Assembly (NCBI GenBank): GCA_039026755.1
Contig: JBCCLR010000003.1
Span: forward strand, 1 to 56,903
Direction of reading: 5' to 3'
Origin: Pseudomonadota bacterium
Lineage (GTDB): Bacteria; Pseudomonadota; Alphaproteobacteria; Sphingomonadales; CAKZYD01
Length of the DNA: 56,903 nucleotides
Part shown: one piece after another, positions 30,553 through 39,678 of the stretch
Layout of the letters: every line of letters starts with the position of its first letter
Numbering within the stretch: position 1 is the first letter of the stretch
The notes under the pieces: generated by a model
Told to the model about the DNA's origin: nothing
Seen by the model: only the letters and a program-made list of their open reading frames with translations
Database searches by the model: none
Program-made: the position numbers and the translations under genes

Positions 30553-30748
30553 AAGGAAACGTTGGGCAGGATTTGACCCCACTGCTTACATCCGATAACA
30601 AAAATTCAGCTGCTCTAGGTCACCGTGGACTGCTTACTTGGTAATCGCAAAGTGCGCTTTCGGTGTTTCGGGAAAACCAACGACAGATTGTTAGATGTCC
30701 TGAAGTCGTATTTGGATAAGCGAAACTGAATGTCTCAAATTCACCGCC

Positions 30749-30847
30749 CGCCTACATCTGATCATCCACCAAAATCTCCCGCTTACCAGCATGGTTGGCG
30801 GCAGAAATAAGCCCCTCGGTTTCCATGCGCTCGATCAGGTTGGCGGC
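30749..30847 (-). repeat. Orphan copy of the ftsK 3' end (direct repeat of 32881-32979)
   Basis: 99-bp match with 5 mismatches; encodes [31 protein letters not shown] versus ...EGVISA... in ftsK. Confidence 0.95.
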
Positions 30848-31046
30848 TCAAACGAGACCGTTCCATAATTTGGCGTGGCTGTTTTGATACTCCGCACCAA
30901 TTGTACTAAGTCAGTAATTCGTTGGATTGAGTTTTGCATTACGCGCAGCAAGCGTAGTCTAGTCCACCACCTAGGCGCGTTGACATGGTCCCGCGATGGT
31001 TGCAAAACTCTAAAATCAGGTGGTTATTTCGAGTGTTTACAGTGCA

Positions 31047-32771
31047 ATGGCAGACGTCTTTATTAGCTATAAATCCGATCGCCGCGCCGCCGCGCATCAT
31101 TTAGCGCAAATCCTCACCGCATATGGTTATAGCGTATGGTATGACTATCAACTCGCCTCGGGTGACGACTTCGCTGAAAATATAGATAAACAGCTGCGCG
31201 CTGCCAAAGCCGTCGTCGTTCTATGGTGCGCTCGTTCGGTGGCCAGCGTGTGGGTACAGCATGAAGCGCGGCTGGCGGTAAAGCGCGGCAGCTACATCTC
31301 GACCTGGATCCAAAAAGCGCCTCTACCGCAAGATTTAAGCAACCTACAGACCCTTGATCTTACCGATTGGACTGGCGACCCGCAAAGCAACACCTTAAAT
31401 CCGCTGGTGACGGCCGTCGCAAACAAAGTGCGCCGCAAGCCAGCACTTGATTTTGACGCGCTCGCAGGGCTAACGCAAACGTGGAAGGACTTCAAATCGC
31501 CGCGCATGCTTGAGTTCCCAGAAGATGGCAATGAACTCGGCAAACTTGACGACAGTTGGACAGCAAATCCACCCACCGGCGTCTCGGAGGTGCAAGAAAA
31601 AAAAGGCTTTGACTACGCTAAGGGGAGCGCCGTCGCCACTATTGTCGTAGCAGTTGTTACCACGTTAGCATTTGCCTTGGACCTGGTGCCGCAATCCATA
31701 AGCCCAACACAGCTGCCGGAAGGCAAATCCACTAAGCTTACCTCACCGATAATCCCAAACGCTCCGGCGGCGCCTATTGTTGCCCAAGACGTTGCCTCGA
31801 AAGAAAACCTAGATACCACTAAGGCTGCTGATTTGGCTGAAGTCAATGGCATCGGTGCGGAAAATAACCAGCCTAAATTAGCGTATGCGGACGAAAAAAG
31901 CGCTTTTGATGCTGCGAAAGCAACGCGGCGCATCAAGCCTTTGGTTGATTTCATTAAAAGCTACCCCAAAACAAGCTTTTACGCTGAAGCTGACGACGCC
32001 GCATGGGCGTCGGTAGAACGGCAAAACAAACTCTATGGTACACCAGCGGCGTTAGAAGCATATCTGCAAGGGTTTGCGCTGGGAAAGCATCGACGCAAGG
32101 CTGAAGAATTACTTGCAGAACGCTATTATGAGGACAAGGACTATGCCAGATCGCTACCGCTTGCGCGCAGGCTTTGCGAGACTGACAGTGCAGAGGGGTG
32201 TTATGTTTTTGGCAGCCATGCTTATTTTGGCCGTGGTCTCTCTATTGACGAGTCTTTGGCCGCAAATGCCTATGAACTAGGGTGTGACGAAGGTAGTGCC
32301 CGCGCTTGCGGCAAGGCTGGCTACATTTACCTTTTTGGAAAAGGTGTAGATGAAGACGAAGTCAAAGCAGCTAAATTTTTAAATAAAGGGTGTGATGGTA
32401 GCATCGCAGAGGCATGCTACCATTTAGGTCGGGCTTATCATCTGGGTTATGGCGTTGCCATAGACTACGATGCGGCCTTTCTTTACTATCGAAAATCGTG
32501 TTTGGGAGGCGCTCCAGCAGGATGTAATAGTCTAGGCTATATGTATCACGAAGGTAAGGGCATCGGAAGAGATTACAATTCCGCAATTATTTATTATCGC
32601 AAAGCCTGCGACAGTGATGTGTTTGTCGCGTGTAGCAATCTCGGTTTGTCATACGAGTCTGGAGACGGTGTGACTAGAGACTTGGCTGAGGCTAAACGGT
32701 TCTTCAAGAAAGCGTGTGATGGTAATTATAAGATGGCCTGCCGTTATTTGGCAGATCTAGAAGAAAACTGA
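31047..32771 (+). CDS. TIR domain - TM - Sel1-like repeat protein
   Basis: MADVFISY..D, VW.D, S..S.WV..EA (TIR catalytic Glu); central hydrophobic helix; multiple Cys-paired Sel1 repeats (C..LG..Y..G.GV..D...A...Y.KAC). Confidence 0.88.
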   Translation: MADVFISYKSDRRAAAHHLAQILTAYGYSVWYDYQLASGDDFAENIDKQLRAAKAVVVLWCARSVASVWVQHEARLAVKRGSYISTWIQKAPLPQDLSNLQTLDLTDWTGDPQSNTLNPLVTAVANKVRRKPALDFDALAGLTQTWKDFKSPRMLEFPEDGNELGKLDDSWTANPPTGVSEVQEKKGFDYAKGSAVATIVVAVVTTLAFALDLVPQSISPTQLPEGKSTKLTSPIIPNAPAAPIVAQDVASKENLDTTKAADLAEVNGIGAENNQPKLAYADEKSAFDAAKATRRIKPLVDFIKSYPKTSFYAEADDAAWASVERQNKLYGTPAALEAYLQGFALGKHRRKAEELLAERYYEDKDYARSLPLARRLCETDSAEGCYVFGSHAYFGRGLSIDESLAANAYELGCDEGSARACGKAGYIYLFGKGVDEDEVKAAKFLNKGCDGSIAEACYHLGRAYHLGYGVAIDYDAAFLYYRKSCLGGAPAGCNSLGYMYHEGKGIGRDYNSAIIYYRKACDSDVFVACSNLGLSYESGDGVTRDLAEAKRFFKKACDGNYKMACRYLADLEEN

Positions 32772-32883
32772 TCGGTAACTTGCAAGCAATTTGATCTTGC
32801 CGTTTTTTTAGGGAGGCGCACAACTCAAAACGCAGATAGCCCAAATTCTTTCTACCTCATAAAACCTTACAAATGCGGCTCGC

Positions 32884-35259
32884 CTACATCTGATCATCCA
32901 CCAAAATCTCCCGCTTACCAGCATGGTTGGCGGCGGAGATGACGCCCTCGGTTTCCATGCGCTCGATCAGGTTGGCGGCGCGGTTGTAGCCGATTGAAAG
33001 TTTGCGCTGGATGTAACTGGTTGATGCTTTGCGGTCGGTGAGGACGATGTGGACGGCGCGGTCGTAGAGGTCATTGCCGCCATTACTATCGCCGCTCGCC
33101 ATAAGAATGTCCCCGCCATCCTCTTCGGTTTCGGTGGTCACCGCGTCTTGATAATCGGGCCGGCCTTGTTTTTTCAGGTGCGCGACGACTTTTTCAACCT
33201 CATCATCAGAGACGAATGGCCCGTGCACCCGGGTAATCTTCTTGCCCTTTTCCATGAACAGCATGTCGCCTTTGCCAAGCAACTGTTCCGCGCCCATCTG
33301 CTCTAAGATGGTGCGGCTGTCGACTTTTGAGGTTACCTGGAAAGAAATGCGCGTTGGCAGATTGGCTTTGATCACGCCGGTGATGACATCCACGCTGGGC
33401 CGCTGGGTGGCCATGATCAGGTGGATGCCGGCAGCGCGGGCCATTTGCGCTAGGCGCTGGATGCCGCCTTCCACGTCCTTACCCGCGACAACCATGAGAT
33501 CCGCCAGTTCATCAACGATCACGACGATGAGCGGCAGCTCTTCAAAGTCGAGCTCTTCGACATCCGTGCGCACTTCGCCGGTTTCTTTATCGTAGGACTG
33601 GGTTTCGCGGGCCAGTGGCGCTCCTGAAGCGGCGGCGGCGGAGACCTTCTGATTAAACGCTTCCAGGTTGCGCACGCCGATCTTAGCCATCTTGGCATAG
33701 CGGTCTTCCATCTCCCGTACCGTCCATTTGAGCGCGACGACGGCTTTTTTCGGGTCTGTGACGACCGGGGCAAGCAAATGCGGGATATCGTCATAGACCG
33801 ATAGCTCCAGCATCTTGGGGTCAATCATGATGAACCGGCACTGCGCGGGCGATAGCTTATAGAGCAGCGATAGGATCATGGCGTTGAGACCAACGGATTT
33901 GCCCGAACCGGTGGTTCCGGCCATGAGAAGGTGCGGCATGGGCGCCAAATCAGTCACGACGGCGCCGCCGCCTATGTCTTTGCCCAATACCACAGGCAGC
34001 TTCGCGCGCGTGTCTTGGAAGCTGTCGCTGCCGATCATATCGCGGAACGATACCATTTCGCGCAGGGCATTGGGCAGTTCGATGCCGATGACCGTGCGGC
34101 CGGGCACCACAGCGATGCGGGCCGATACGGCACTCATGGAACGCGCAATATCATCAGCCAGGCCGATCACCCGGCTTGCCTTGATGCCGGCGGCGGGCTC
34201 AAGCTCATAAAGCGTGACCACCGGGCCGGGTTTAACGCCCACGATATCACCCTTGATGCCAAAATCCGCCAGCACCGTTTCAAGCAGCCTGGCGTTTTGT
34301 TCAAGCGCCTCGCGGCTAAGCGATGGATCGCGGCTTTGCGCTTTAGATTTGGTGAGCAGATCGATATCCGGCAACCGGTAGCCATCGCCAAAATCCATGC
34401 TGACTTGGCGCGGTTTTTGCGCTTTTGTTTTCGCGCTTGGCATATCCACCAAGATGGGTGCCCGGCGCGGCTCTTTTTCCGCCGCGGGTGCGGCACGGCG
34501 CGGCGTTTTTTGTTTGACCTGCGTCGGCGCGTCGGCGGCCTGCCGCGCCGCAATTGCGGAAAAGTTAGCGCGCAGCATGCGTGTCGCAGATGACAGCGCC
34601 CGGGCGAATTTGAGCGCGCCAAGCCGGGCCACTGCGCCTGAGAAAAACACACCGCGCAGGCCGATGCCAAGGCCAAGCGCCCAGGTAAATAGCCCTAAAA
34701 TGAGCCCTGCCCATGCAAATGGTGCCGACGGCAAGGCAAAACCAGCGGCACCGGCGAACCAGGTGCCAAGCTGGGCGCCGGCTGCCCCAAGCATCGTGCC
34801 AAACAGCCCAGATAGGCCAACGGCGTAAGGCCAGCCTTGCGGTGCCGCCAGGCCAGACAAACCGGCCGCCATCACCGTGATGCCTATAGCCAACACCGCG
34901 AGCGTGCGCTGCCAATAGACCCAATTGAGGCCCCATAAAAATCGCAGACCGTGCGTACATAGCGGAAATAGCGCGAAGGCGGCGACAATGCCCAAACCCT
35001 GCAAACTAAGATCGGCAGCACGCGCACCAACGGGTCCAAGCAGGTTTTGAACCACGTTGCCGGTGGCGTGATTAAAGCTCGGGTCACCCGGGTGGAAACT
35101 TAACAGCGCTAAAAGACCGCCGCCACCAAGCAGCAGCATCGACAGCCCTAAAACCCGCAGCAGCAGACCTTTTAAGCTGCGCTTGAATGCGCTGGGCAGC
35201 AGCGGTGGTGGCTGCACCCGCGTTTTTACAACACTTCTGCCTGCACTGCGCGACGCCAT
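32884..35259 (-). CDS. ftsK: DNA translocase FtsK
   Basis: N-terminal 4TM region; [30 protein letters not shown]; gamma domain [16 protein letters not shown]. Confidence 0.96.
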   Translation of the reverse strand: MASRSAGRSVVKTRVQPPPLLPSAFKRSLKGLLLRVLGLSMLLLGGGGLLALLSFHPGDPSFNHATGNVVQNLLGPVGARAADLSLQGLGIVAAFALFPLCTHGLRFLWGLNWVYWQRTLAVLAIGITVMAAGLSGLAAPQGWPYAVGLSGLFGTMLGAAGAQLGTWFAGAAGFALPSAPFAWAGLILGLFTWALGLGIGLRGVFFSGAVARLGALKFARALSSATRMLRANFSAIAARQAADAPTQVKQKTPRRAAPAAEKEPRRAPILVDMPSAKTKAQKPRQVSMDFGDGYRLPDIDLLTKSKAQSRDPSLSREALEQNARLLETVLADFGIKGDIVGVKPGPVVTLYELEPAAGIKASRVIGLADDIARSMSAVSARIAVVPGRTVIGIELPNALREMVSFRDMIGSDSFQDTRAKLPVVLGKDIGGGAVVTDLAPMPHLLMAGTTGSGKSVGLNAMILSLLYKLSPAQCRFIMIDPKMLELSVYDDIPHLLAPVVTDPKKAVVALKWTVREMEDRYAKMAKIGVRNLEAFNQKVSAAAASGAPLARETQSYDKETGEVRTDVEELDFEELPLIVVIVDELADLMVVAGKDVEGGIQRLAQMARAAGIHLIMATQRPSVDVITGVIKANLPTRISFQVTSKVDSRTILEQMGAEQLLGKGDMLFMEKGKKITRVHGPFVSDDEVEKVVAHLKKQGRPDYQDAVTTETEEDGGDILMASGDSNGGNDLYDRAVHIVLTDRKASTSYIQRKLSIGYNRAANLIERMETEGVISAANHAGKREILVDDQM

Positions 35260-35296
35260 AGGCACCTCATCAATCGATGTTCACGTGCGCCGCGCG

Positions 35297-36439
35297 TTAC
35301 AGGGCGGAGGCAAGCTGCGTCAGGGCAGCGCGCGTATCCTCCAGACCATCAACCAGTGCGACGCGAATATAGTCTGTGCCGGGATTCTGGCTTTTTTCCG
35401 ACTCGCTGGCAAGATAGGGGCCCGGCAAAACCCGAACACCGTGCTGTTTCCACAACATTTGTGTGGTTTTTTCTGCATTTTTGACTGGCAACCATAGGAA
35501 AAAACCACCATCGGGCCGTTTGATACCAAGCAACTGCTCTGCCAGCGTGAACTTTTGCGCATAAAGTGCGCGCGCCTGGGCCACGTGATCTTGATCGCGC
35601 CAGAGCGCTGCCGAAGCCGCCTGCACTGGCAACGGCATGGTTGGCCCGCCATAAGAGCGCAGCTTTTCAAACGCGGCAATGACGCGGGCATCTCCGGCAA
35701 TAAAACCGCTGCGCAGGCCCGGTGCATTCGAGCGCTTTGATAGCGAATGCAGCACCACCAAGTTATCAAAATCAGACGCGATCTCAAGCGCACCGACGGG
35801 CGCCGTTTGCGTCCAGATCTCCGCATAGCATTCATCGACGGCAAGTACGAAGCCATAGCGGCGGGCGAGCTCCAGTGCATATTTTAAATAATCACGGCTG
35901 GCGGCAGCGCCTTGTGGATTGCTTGGGCTACAGAGAAACATCAGAGCTGTCCGGTTCAGCACGGCTGGTGAAAGCGCAGTCAGGTCCGGTAAAAAGCCGG
36001 TAGAGTGATCGGCAGTCATCGCCACCGGCTCGGCGTTCATGGTCAACGCAGCAGCACTATAGGCGGGATAAAACGGGTTGGGCAGCAGGACCTTATCGCG
36101 CCCTGGCCGCACCAAAATATGCGCCAGCATATAGAGGCCTTCGCGCGTGCCAACCAGCGGCAGAATTTGCGCTGGCGCAACCGCCGCTCTAAATCGCATT
36201 GCCAGCCATTCTGCCACTGCTGCTTTAAAGTCCGGCGTGCCAGCAATCGGCGGATACCGGCCATAGTCCGCAGCATTCTGCTGCAAGACGTCGGCCAGAA
36301 ATGGCGGTGGTGGCTGCTTGGGCGCGCCTATGGTCAGGTCGAATGTCGCTGGAGCGTCGGTCTCGATACCGGCCAGCAAAGCGCGCAGCCGCGGGAACGG
36401 ATAGTCCGGCAATGCCGCATGAGAGGGATTAAACTGCAT
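35297..36439 (-). CDS. Class I/II PLP aminotransferase (DapC-like)
   Basis: YPFPRL, GTREG, CSPSNPQG, DECYAE, SLSKRS..PGLRSG. Confidence 0.88.
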   Translation of the reverse strand: MQFNPSHAALPDYPFPRLRALLAGIETDAPATFDLTIGAPKQPPPPFLADVLQQNAADYGRYPPIAGTPDFKAAVAEWLAMRFRAAVAPAQILPLVGTREGLYMLAHILVRPGRDKVLLPNPFYPAYSAAALTMNAEPVAMTADHSTGFLPDLTALSPAVLNRTALMFLCSPSNPQGAAASRDYLKYALELARRYGFVLAVDECYAEIWTQTAPVGALEIASDFDNLVVLHSLSKRSNAPGLRSGFIAGDARVIAAFEKLRSYGGPTMPLPVQAASAALWRDQDHVAQARALYAQKFTLAEQLLGIKRPDGGFFLWLPVKNAEKTTQMLWKQHGVRVLPGPYLASESEKSQNPGTDYIRVALVDGLEDTRAALTQLASAL

Positions 36440-36483
36440 GGCAGCGGTCTATCAGCTAAGCGGGCCAAGCGCTATCGCCCAGC

Positions 36484-36517
36484 GCCCTTGCCGCAGATAA
36501 GCCCTTGCCGCAGATAA
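36484..36517. repeat. Perfect 17-bp tandem duplication
   Basis: GCCCTTGCCGCAGATAA x2. Confidence 0.9.
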
Positions 36518-36574
36518 ATTGTGCTTGAGACAAAAGATATCGCGGCGCCGAGACAGGTCGCTAATGCTGCAACC

Positions 36575-36614
36575 AAAATAAAAAAAGTCGGCTCACTAAT
36601 GAAAGGAGCCGACT
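36575..36614 (-). terminator. Rho-independent terminator, minus strand, with no upstream CDS
   Basis: AGTCGGCTC...GAGCCGACT stem followed by TTTTTTATTTT on the minus strand. Confidence 0.75.
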
Positions 36615-36757
36615 AAAGTAGGACCCGCAAAGGACCCTGAGGGAGCTCGTCTACGCACGGTGTTGCATTACGATGCACTCATGCGTGAAAAACCGAAAAA
36701 GGCGTGAAATTTTTTGCTGGGTTGCGTCTTCCCTTTTGTAGCATGTTTTTTCGTTTG
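36578..36757 (-). ncRNA. Candidate small RNA
   Basis: Lies between a sigma54-like promoter and a strong terminator; CU-rich anti-SD-like motifs (CUCCCUC, GUCCU x2, CUCCU); ends are approximate. Confidence 0.4.
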
Positions 36758-36767
36758 CTCTTAGATA

Positions 36768-36784
36768 TTCAAGAAGCATGCCAA
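36768..36784 (-). promoter_or_regulatory. Candidate sigma54 (-24/-12) promoter
   Basis: Minus strand TTGGCATGCTTCTTGAA has TGGCA-N6-TTG spacing, with GA instead of GC at -12. Confidence 0.45.
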
Positions 36785-36974
36785 TTCTAACCAGCACAGA
36801 TATTTGGCCATTTGTTTTCGCGTTTACACTGATTTCACAGGCCTCCGCCCTATGATATGCTAAAAATTTAGGCAGTGAATACAAACTGTTTAATTTTTAG
36901 GCAACTTATGGGCGCACAAAGCGCGGCGCATTGTGGTCTGGACAAATGCGCCGCAGCAGCGCATCACTCGGGCC

Positions 36975-38180
36975 ATGGCACAGACACATTATGATATCGC
37001 CGTCGTTGGTGGCGGCTTGGCCGGCAAAACGCTTGCCGCAGCGCTGAGCGCGCAGGACTTTGATGTCGTCCTGATAGAACGTGAAAGCACGGCTGCGGCG
37101 GATAACCGTGTAACATCGCTCAATATGTCGACGGTGCAGATGTACCGCAATATTGGTGCATGGCAGCATATGAAAGCGCACGCGCAGGCCATGGCGGACA
37201 TCCGCGTTGTCGATGGACCAGCCGGGCCCTCAATTTCTTTCGAGACGCTATCTACGTTCGGCGAGGCCCATGGCTATGTGGTGCACAATGAGGTGATTGT
37301 CGCGGCACTAGATAAGACCTTGAAGGGGACCAAATCTGTCATGACCGTGCACGGCACGGCAGCAGCTTTGGGCCAGGCTCTGGCCGGGAGCCAGCAGCTC
37401 AACCTCTCAAATGGCAAAACGATTGATGCGTCGCTCATATGCGCCTGCGATGGCGCGCGCAGCCCACTGCGCAGTGCGCTGGGCATTGAGACCAGCATGA
37501 CCGATTATCGGCAGGCCAATATTACCGCGACCTTGGACCACGCCAATGATCATGCCGGTGTCGGGTTCCAGCGGTTTATGCCGGGCGGGCCGGTCGCGTT
37601 CATTCCCATGCAAGGACAGCAAAGTTCGCTCGCGTGGACGCTGCCCAAAGCGCAGGCGCGCGCGGTGATGGCGCTCGATGACGATGCATTCATGGCGCTG
37701 CTTTCAGATCAAATTTTCCGCGGGGATAACGCTGATGCGCGCGGGCCGTTTACAGCGGCAAGCGCGCGCAGCACATACCCGCTTAGAGCGCAGATTGCCG
37801 AACGGCTCGATGGACCACGCTGCGTACTGGTTGGAGATGCGGCGCATACCATTCATCCATTGGCAGGTCAGGGCTTTAATCTCACGGCCCGAGACATTGC
37901 AGCATTGACCGATATTTTGCTGGCAGCGCGCAGCGTAGGCGAAGATATCGGCAGCGCCCGCCATGGACACTCTTACACCCGCGCCCGCCGCGCTGACATT
38001 CTCGCGCTGTTTGTTGCAACGGATCAGCTCAATCGGCTGTTTTCAAGCCGCCGGTTTGGCCCGCGCGCGCTGCGCCGCGCGATCATGGCGGCTGGTCGTA
38101 TTTTACCGAAAGTGGGAACTGGCTTTGCGCTGCAAGCACAAGGCGCGCTGCTCGGGCTACCGTCGCTAATGCGCGGCTGA
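36975..38180 (+). CDS. UbiH/UbiF/UbiL family FAD-dependent hydroxylase
   Basis: VVGGGLAG, CDGARS.LR, GDAAHTIHPLAGQGFNL. Confidence 0.9.
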   Translation: MAQTHYDIAVVGGGLAGKTLAAALSAQDFDVVLIERESTAAADNRVTSLNMSTVQMYRNIGAWQHMKAHAQAMADIRVVDGPAGPSISFETLSTFGEAHGYVVHNEVIVAALDKTLKGTKSVMTVHGTAAALGQALAGSQQLNLSNGKTIDASLICACDGARSPLRSALGIETSMTDYRQANITATLDHANDHAGVGFQRFMPGGPVAFIPMQGQQSSLAWTLPKAQARAVMALDDDAFMALLSDQIFRGDNADARGPFTAASARSTYPLRAQIAERLDGPRCVLVGDAAHTIHPLAGQGFNLTARDIAALTDILLAARSVGEDIGSARHGHSYTRARRADILALFVATDQLNRLFSSRRFGPRALRRAIMAAGRILPKVGTGFALQAQGALLGLPSLMRG

Positions 38181-38194
38181 TCGGACCGCCTGCT

Positions 38195-39112
38195 TTAAGG
38201 CGCAGAGCTTGCGGGCTGAGAGCACGCATGGATCACGCCGCGGAACCAGTCATAGGCTGGATGACTGGTGAGTTTCCTGTTCCAAATAAGAACGGATTGG
38301 GTGACGTAGCCTGACGTACCAAATGGCACATCGCGCATCACCAAATTGGCAAGCCGGGCATGCATTTCGGCAAATCGGCGCGGCGTTGAAAACAGCATAT
38401 CCGTCGCCGCGACAATGGGAATCCCTGCAGCAAAGCTGTTCACAGTCATCGCGATCCGGCGCTGCGTATTTCGTTTTGCCAAAACATCATCAACAAACGA
38501 GTGCGCACTGCCATCAAATGTGACCATCAGATGCGGGAATGTCACATAGTCTTCAAGGCGCAGAGGCCGTTTGCTAAGCGGGTGATTGCGGCGCATAAGC
38601 ACGCAAAACTCGATTGGGCCCAGCGGCAGTTTGCCAAACCGCTCGGGTACATCCATGTCCGGTAGCAAGCCAAAATCCACAATGTGCTGGTCGAGCATCT
38701 CAAGCGAACCGCCGCGCGCTGGATAGAGCCGCAGATTTATGCCAGGCGCAGAACTGGCAAGGGTGCTGGCTATGCGTGGCAGCAGCGCGCTGGTCCCAAT
38801 ATCAACCGCAACAAGCCGAAATGTGCGATCAGATGTCGCTGGATCAAAACCGCCTACGTCTAAGCTGTCGGCCAGCATTCGCAAAACCTGGCCAATCGTC
38901 GGCGCCAGCTCAAGCGCGCGCGCTGTGGCCACCATGCCTTGCGCCTGGCGAATAAACAGCTCGTCTTTCAAATGCACACGCAGCCGCGCGAGCGCCTTTG
39001 ACACTGCCGGCTGCGATAAGCCAAGGCGCGATGCGGCTTTGGTCACATTGCGCTCGTGCATCATCGCATCAAACACCTTGAGCAAATTCAGATCCATCGT
39101 TTCTAAATTCAT
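38195..39112 (-). CDS. LysR family transcriptional regulator (NodD/NahR-like)
   Basis: DLNLLKVF, NVTKAA.RLGLSQPAVS.AL.RLR...DELF.R. Confidence 0.92.
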   Translation of the reverse strand: MNLETMDLNLLKVFDAMMHERNVTKAASRLGLSQPAVSKALARLRVHLKDELFIRQAQGMVATARALELAPTIGQVLRMLADSLDVGGFDPATSDRTFRLVAVDIGTSALLPRIASTLASSAPGINLRLYPARGGSLEMLDQHIVDFGLLPDMDVPERFGKLPLGPIEFCVLMRRNHPLSKRPLRLEDYVTFPHLMVTFDGSAHSFVDDVLAKRNTQRRIAMTVNSFAAGIPIVAATDMLFSTPRRFAEMHARLANLVMRDVPFGTSGYVTQSVLIWNRKLTSHPAYDWFRGVIHACSQPASSAP

Positions 39113-39121
39113 ATTTGGAAT
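39107..39121. promoter_or_regulatory. LTTR box (T-N11-A)
   Basis: ATTC-N7-GAAT overlapping the LysR start, in an AT-rich divergent promoter region. Confidence 0.55.
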
Positions 39122-39202
39122 ACTATATATGTAAATTATGAATTTCAATTATATGATGACGACGCGTACGGAGAAGGCATTACCTATTTATGAGGATGCC
39201 CC

Positions 39203-39520
39203 ATGTTAAAAATGTCGATCAGTTTAGCTGGCCTACTCAGTGTCGCGGCCATATCTCCAGCAACGGGTGGCGCCATGCGAGATATGGACACGGCCTGTAA
39301 GCTGGAAATTGAAAACCGAATTGGTGGCTTTAGCGATGGTCGCTCCGCCCGCTTCAAAAAACAACGGGGGTCGGGCCGAATCAAACGGTTCATTTACTCG
39401 CTAACTTATGCAAACGACCGCTCAGACGTACTCTGCTTGGTATCGCGCAACGGCGTTGAAAACATAGAGTTCGATGCGGGCCTTGCAGCACGCATTGCCG
39501 CCGCTAAAACCAACGAGTAG
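39203..39520 (+). CDS. Small secreted protein with two Cys
   Basis: RBS GAGG, signal peptide, divergent from the LysR gene. Confidence 0.65.
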   Translation: MLKMSISLAGLLSVAAISPATGGAMRDMDTACKLEIENRIGGFSDGRSARFKKQRGSGRIKRFIYSLTYANDRSDVLCLVSRNGVENIEFDAGLAARIAAAKTNE

Positions 39521-39678
39521 TTTTTTGCGCTGCATGCGCAGGCGCATTCTTTCTCCTGCTGCACGGGCGTCAAGGCCACCCTGTCCTTCTCAAGCTTGAT
39601 AGCTTGCTGCTGACACTATTCCCTAAGTACGTCTAAGCACTATAATTCGATATAAAACAGAACTTGGGGAGGACTTTT

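Noticed and set aside
36484-36517. CRISPR array or functional repeat
   Set aside because: Only two adjacent 17-bp copies with no spacer and no cas genes; likely slippage. No CRISPR array was seen anywhere in the window.
36651-36884. 77-aa minus-strand ORF (and a 21-codon ORF inside it) as the gene served by the 36.6-kb terminator
   Set aside because: No RBS, atypical composition and no recognisable motif; a non-coding interpretation is preferred.
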